Assembly (NCBI GenBank): GCA_964622405.1
Contig: CAZUQB010000024.1
Span: forward strand, 1-18,042
Length of the DNA stretch: 18,042 nucleotides
Direction of reading: 5' to 3'
Source of the DNA: an uncultured Opitutaceae bacterium
Lineage (GTDB): Bacteria > Verrucomicrobiota > Verrucomicrobiia > Opitutales > Opitutaceae
Shown here: positions 15,989 through 18,042 of the stretch, piece by piece
How the letters are laid out: every line of letters starts with the position of its first letter
How positions within the stretch are numbered: the first letter of the stretch is position 1
Translations under genes and position numbers: made by a program
The notes under the pieces: model-generated
The model's input: only the letters and a program-made list of their open reading frames with translations
Database searches by the model: none
What the model was told of the DNA's origin: nothing

Positions 15989-17665
15989 ATGGCCCTGATT
16001 CTCCTCTTCACGGTGCTCGCGATCATCGCGCTAGGCGCCTCATTCGTGGTCACGCTTCCTTCTGCTGGGCGCGTGGCACTCGTCGTCCTCGCGGTTTCGC
16101 TCTTCGGCTTTGGTCTCGTGGTCGGCTCGTCGGTTGTGGTCGACCAAGACGAGGTTGGCATCGTGCACAAGCAGTTCTTCGGAAATCCGCTGCCGACCGG
16201 ACAGATCATCGCACGGGACGGAGAGCTGGGTCCGCAGGCCGAGATCCTCGGGCCGGGCTGGCACTTCGGCTACTATCCATTCACTTACTCGGTGCGCGTG
16301 GACCGCGTGATCACGATCCCGGCCGGGCAGGTGGGATTCGTCTCGGCGCGAGACGGTTCGCCGCTTCCGGAAAACGAGATGTTCGCGCCGGCCTGGACCA
16401 GTGCGCAGGACATGATGAACCCGGTCACCTTCCTCGCGAAGGGTGGCCGCCGCGGCCCGCAGACCACGATCCTCACACCCGGCACCTACCGCTACAACAC
16501 CGCCCTGCACGAGGTCACGGCCATCCCGGCGCTGCAGGTCGCGGCCGGCACCGTGGCTGTCATCAAGAGCAATTCCGGGATTCGCTGGACGCCGGCCGAC
16601 GGCAAGGGCGACCTGGTCAATGGAGTGCCGCTGGTGCCGCGTGACCACATTGGCGTCTGGGCGGAGCCGCTGACGCCTGGCGGCTATTACCTGAACACGC
16701 ACGCCTATGTGCCGACGGTGGTCAAGACCACCCAGCGCACCTACACCTACCAGGCGGCCTCGTATCCCAAGCCCGCCGCCCCGGCCGCGACCGCCGCTCG
16801 CGCGGCCACGGCGAAGAACGGCCCGGCCTCGGCCACTTCCTCGGGCTCAGAAGACTGGTCCGTCTCCGTTCGCTCAAAGGATGGATTCTCCTTCCCGGTC
16901 GACGTGCGCGTGGCCTGCGCGGTCGAGGCCAAGAATGCGCCGTATCTCGTCGCGCTGCTGGGCGATCCCGACTCGGTCGTGCAGGACGAGCAGGAGGACG
17001 AGAAGCTCGAGGTGCTCGAGGCGCGCATCATCCTGCCGGCCGTCCGCGCCATCTTCCGCAATGTCGCCGAGACGATGAACGCCCTCGAGTTCGTCAACCG
17101 CCGCAGCGAGATCGAGGCGCTCGCCACCCAGCGCATCACCGCCGAGCTGGCGCGCTACCGCGTGACGTGCGACGGTGTCTACGTCGGCAACATTCACCTG
17201 GACGCCACGGCCGCCGGCCAGCAGCTGCTCGCGACGCAGACCGACCGCGAGGTCGCGGTGAACCAGCAGAAGCTCTACGAGCAGCAGAAGCAGGCCGAGG
17301 AATCGCGTGCCCGCTTTGTCCGAGCCCAGGAGGAGGCTGAGCAGCAGCGCCAGCTCGCCGCCGCGGAATACAAAGTCCGCGTGGAGGGCGAGAACGCCAA
17401 GTCCCAGGTGGCCCGCGCCAAGGGCGAGGCTGAGTCCCAGGTCATCATCGGCGAGGGCCGGGCCAAGGCCTACAAGCTGCTGGTCGAGACCCTGGGGCAG
17501 GCGCAAGTCGCCCAGCTCGAGCTGCTCAAGCTCGTCGTCGACGGCAAGGTCCAGATCACGCCGCAGGTCATGGTCACCGGCGCCTCGGGCAGCGGGACGA
17601 CCGACGCCCTGATGGGCACCATCCTTCGCTCGGCTGTGCCGCCCGCGCCTTCCACCTCCAAGTAG
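15989..17665 (+). CDS. Flotillin-like SPFH/band-7 family membrane protein (YqiK/FloT-type), 558 aa
   Basis: ATG at 15989. N-terminal hydrophobic membrane anchor(s) MALILLFTVLAIIALGASFVV...VALVVLAVSLFGFGLVVG. The SPFH-like core begins VVDQDEVGIVHKQFFGNPLPTGQIIARDGELGPQAEILGPGWHFGYYPFTYSVRVD...TIPAGQ. The C-terminal third is a flotillin-type coiled coil with Glu/Ala/Gln/Arg repeats and the tail QQKQAEESRARFVRAQEEAEQQRQLAAAEYKVRVEGENAKSQVARAKGEAESQVIIGEGRAKAYKLLVETLGQAQ. Stop TAG at 17663-17665. Confidence 0.75.
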   Translation: MALILLFTVLAIIALGASFVVTLPSAGRVALVVLAVSLFGFGLVVGSSVVVDQDEVGIVHKQFFGNPLPTGQIIARDGELGPQAEILGPGWHFGYYPFTYSVRVDRVITIPAGQVGFVSARDGSPLPENEMFAPAWTSAQDMMNPVTFLAKGGRRGPQTTILTPGTYRYNTALHEVTAIPALQVAAGTVAVIKSNSGIRWTPADGKGDLVNGVPLVPRDHIGVWAEPLTPGGYYLNTHAYVPTVVKTTQRTYTYQAASYPKPAAPAATAARAATAKNGPASATSSGSEDWSVSVRSKDGFSFPVDVRVACAVEAKNAPYLVALLGDPDSVVQDEQEDEKLEVLEARIILPAVRAIFRNVAETMNALEFVNRRSEIEALATQRITAELARYRVTCDGVYVGNIHLDATAAGQQLLATQTDREVAVNQQKLYEQQKQAEESRARFVRAQEEAEQQRQLAAAEYKVRVEGENAKSQVARAKGEAESQVIIGEGRAKAYKLLVETLGQAQVAQLELLKLVVDGKVQITPQVMVTGASGSGTTDALMGTILRSAVPPAPSTSK

Positions 17666-17690
17666 TCAATCCTCACCGGGGAATTCCATC

Positions 17691-17810
17691 ATGCGCCTTC
17701 TGCTCTTTGTCTCCGTCTTCGGCATCCTTGTCAGCATTGCGGTGCTGATCTTCGTCATCATCAAGGCCAAGAAGGACGGAACCCCGCCGAAGGTGCGAAA
17801 GGAGGAGTGA
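17691..17810 (+). CDS. 39-aa single-pass membrane mini-protein MRLLLFVSVFGILVSIAVLIFVIIKAKKDGTPPKVRKEE, probably co-transcribed with the flotillin gene
   Basis: ATG at 17691, 25 nt after the flotillin stop and on the same strand. One 22-residue hydrophobic helix followed by a Lys-rich cytoplasmic tail (positive-inside). Stop TGA at 17808-17810. A GC hairpin follows immediately. No SD, and it is short, hence moderate confidence. Confidence 0.45.
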   Translation: MRLLLFVSVFGILVSIAVLIFVIIKAKKDGTPPKVRKEE

Positions 17811-17815
17811 GCTGT

Positions 17816-17843
17816 CCCGGGGCCGGCCCGGGATGGGCCGGCC
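17816..17843 (+). terminator. GC-rich hairpin GGCCGGCCC-gggat-GGGCCGGCC directly after the mini-protein stop; candidate terminator of the flotillin operon
   Basis: 9-bp perfect stem 17821-17829 / 17835-17843, with the additional CCCGG/CCGGG pairing at 17816-17832. It is followed by GCAAGTTTGTTCCC, which is U-rich only in part and is also the head of repeat copy 2. Confidence 0.35.
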
Positions 17844-17982
17844 GCAAGTTTGTTCCCAGCCAGGTGGATGGCCCTCGGAGATAGCTCTTAGGAGAGGCCC
17901 ACGGAACACGCGGATGCCGATCTCCAGTCAAGCCTTGTCCCTGAGCATTTTCCTTCCGCGTGTTCAGGGTGTTCCGTGGGCG
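17844..17982. repeat. Intergenic repeat element, copy 2: same head CGCAAGTTTGTTCCCAGCCAGGTGGATGGCC and a hairpin GGCCCACGGAACACGCGGA ... TCCGCGTGTTCAGGGTGTTCCGTGGGC. Relative to copy 1 it carries a 24-bp insertion after GGCC and a 9-bp unit insertion (CCTGAACAC) in the right arm.
   Basis: Shared strings with copy 1: CGCAAGTTTGTTCCC (15778 / 17844), GCCCACGGAACAC (15806 / 17898), GTGTTCCGTGGGC (15885 / 17969). The arm lengths differ by exactly one 9-bp period, consistent with a modular 9-mer repeat. Confidence 0.55.
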
Positions 17983-18042
17983 GAAAGGGCGAAGATCTCG
18001 ACGACGCTGGCGCGGCCCTTGACGGTCACCGGGCCGAGGGGA
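17964..18042 (-). CDS. Possible 3' end of a minus-strand gene running off the window (...PLGPVTVKGRASVVEIFALSAHGTP*). Its last ~6 codons and stop lie inside repeat copy 2.
   Basis: The minus-strand frame ending at TGA (revcomp of 17964-17966) has ~22 consecutive codons with G/C at the third position (ccc ctc ggc ccg gtg acc gtc aag ggc cgc gcc agc gtc gtc gag atc ttc gcc ...). The alternative plus-strand frame has weaker GC3 bias. Only 26 codons are visible. Confidence 0.3.
   Translation of the reverse strand, partial: PLGPVTVKGRASVVEIFALSAHGTP

Noticed and set aside
15802-16702. ORFs 15802-16644 (+), 15732-15986 (-), 15798-15998 (+) and 16040-16702 (-) overlapping the repeat element and the flotillin gene
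   Set aside because: They read through the hairpin repeat or are antisense/out-of-frame to the flotillin CDS. Their products are Arg/Pro/His-rich nonsense with no domain features.
16740-16870. Ala/Pro-rich low-complexity segment inside the flotillin as a separate gene or frameshift
   Set aside because: The frame is continuous with gene-like GC3 on both sides, and flotillin-type features resume downstream. It is more parsimonious as an internal linker/insert than as a gene boundary or sequencing error.

Overview
This is a high-GC (~67%) window dominated by a head-to-tail tandem array of four very large paralogous genes on the minus strand, followed by a flotillin module. The taxon is an inference from composition and protein architecture: a high-GC Verrucomicrobia-like organism (Opitutaceae-type) or a related PVC-group bacterium.

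The four large genes span 249-3530, 3601-6912, 6971-11092 and 11340-15386 (1093-1373 aa each). All four share one architecture:
- an N-terminal Sec signal peptide;
- a conserved mature N-terminus, 'AQF[IV]W[TI]G.G...NW.GG.AP';
- dozens of Gly/Thr/Asn-rich beta-strand repeats with the 'G.NTY[ST]GGT.V' core, the passenger-associated / 'autotransporter-associated beta strand' type;
- a conserved ~150-aa C-terminal module;
- a canonical PEP-CTERM exosortase sorting signal, VPEP followed by a hydrophobic helix and an Arg/Lys cluster.

Genes 3 and 4 are the closest pair, with ~80% nucleotide identity near their 3' ends. They carry an extra central block of ~40-aa 'G.GS.W' repeats that genes 1 and 2 lack.

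Downstream on the minus strand there is a clean rho-independent terminator and a tiny gene for a secreted Cys/Lys-rich peptide (70 aa). A divergent promoter region follows, then on the plus strand a flotillin-like (SPFH/band-7, YqiK/FloT-type) gene and a 39-aa single-TM mini-protein.

The flotillin pair is bracketed by two copies of an unusual ~125-140-bp intergenic repeat. Each copy begins with 'CGCAAGTTTGTTCCC'. Each forms a long hairpin built from 9-bp periodic units ('CACGGAACA/CACGGAATA...').

Other non-coding structure:
- a perfect 15-bp palindrome overlapping the stop codon of the upstream convergent gene;
- a GAATTCGGG/TTCGAA repeat cluster;
- a 247-bp intergenic region with three GTATCAGG motifs;
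- a near-perfect hairpin between genes 3 and 2.

No exosortase, glycosyltransferase or transposase gene is present in the window. The long plus-strand ORFs antisense to the four big genes are compositional artifacts.
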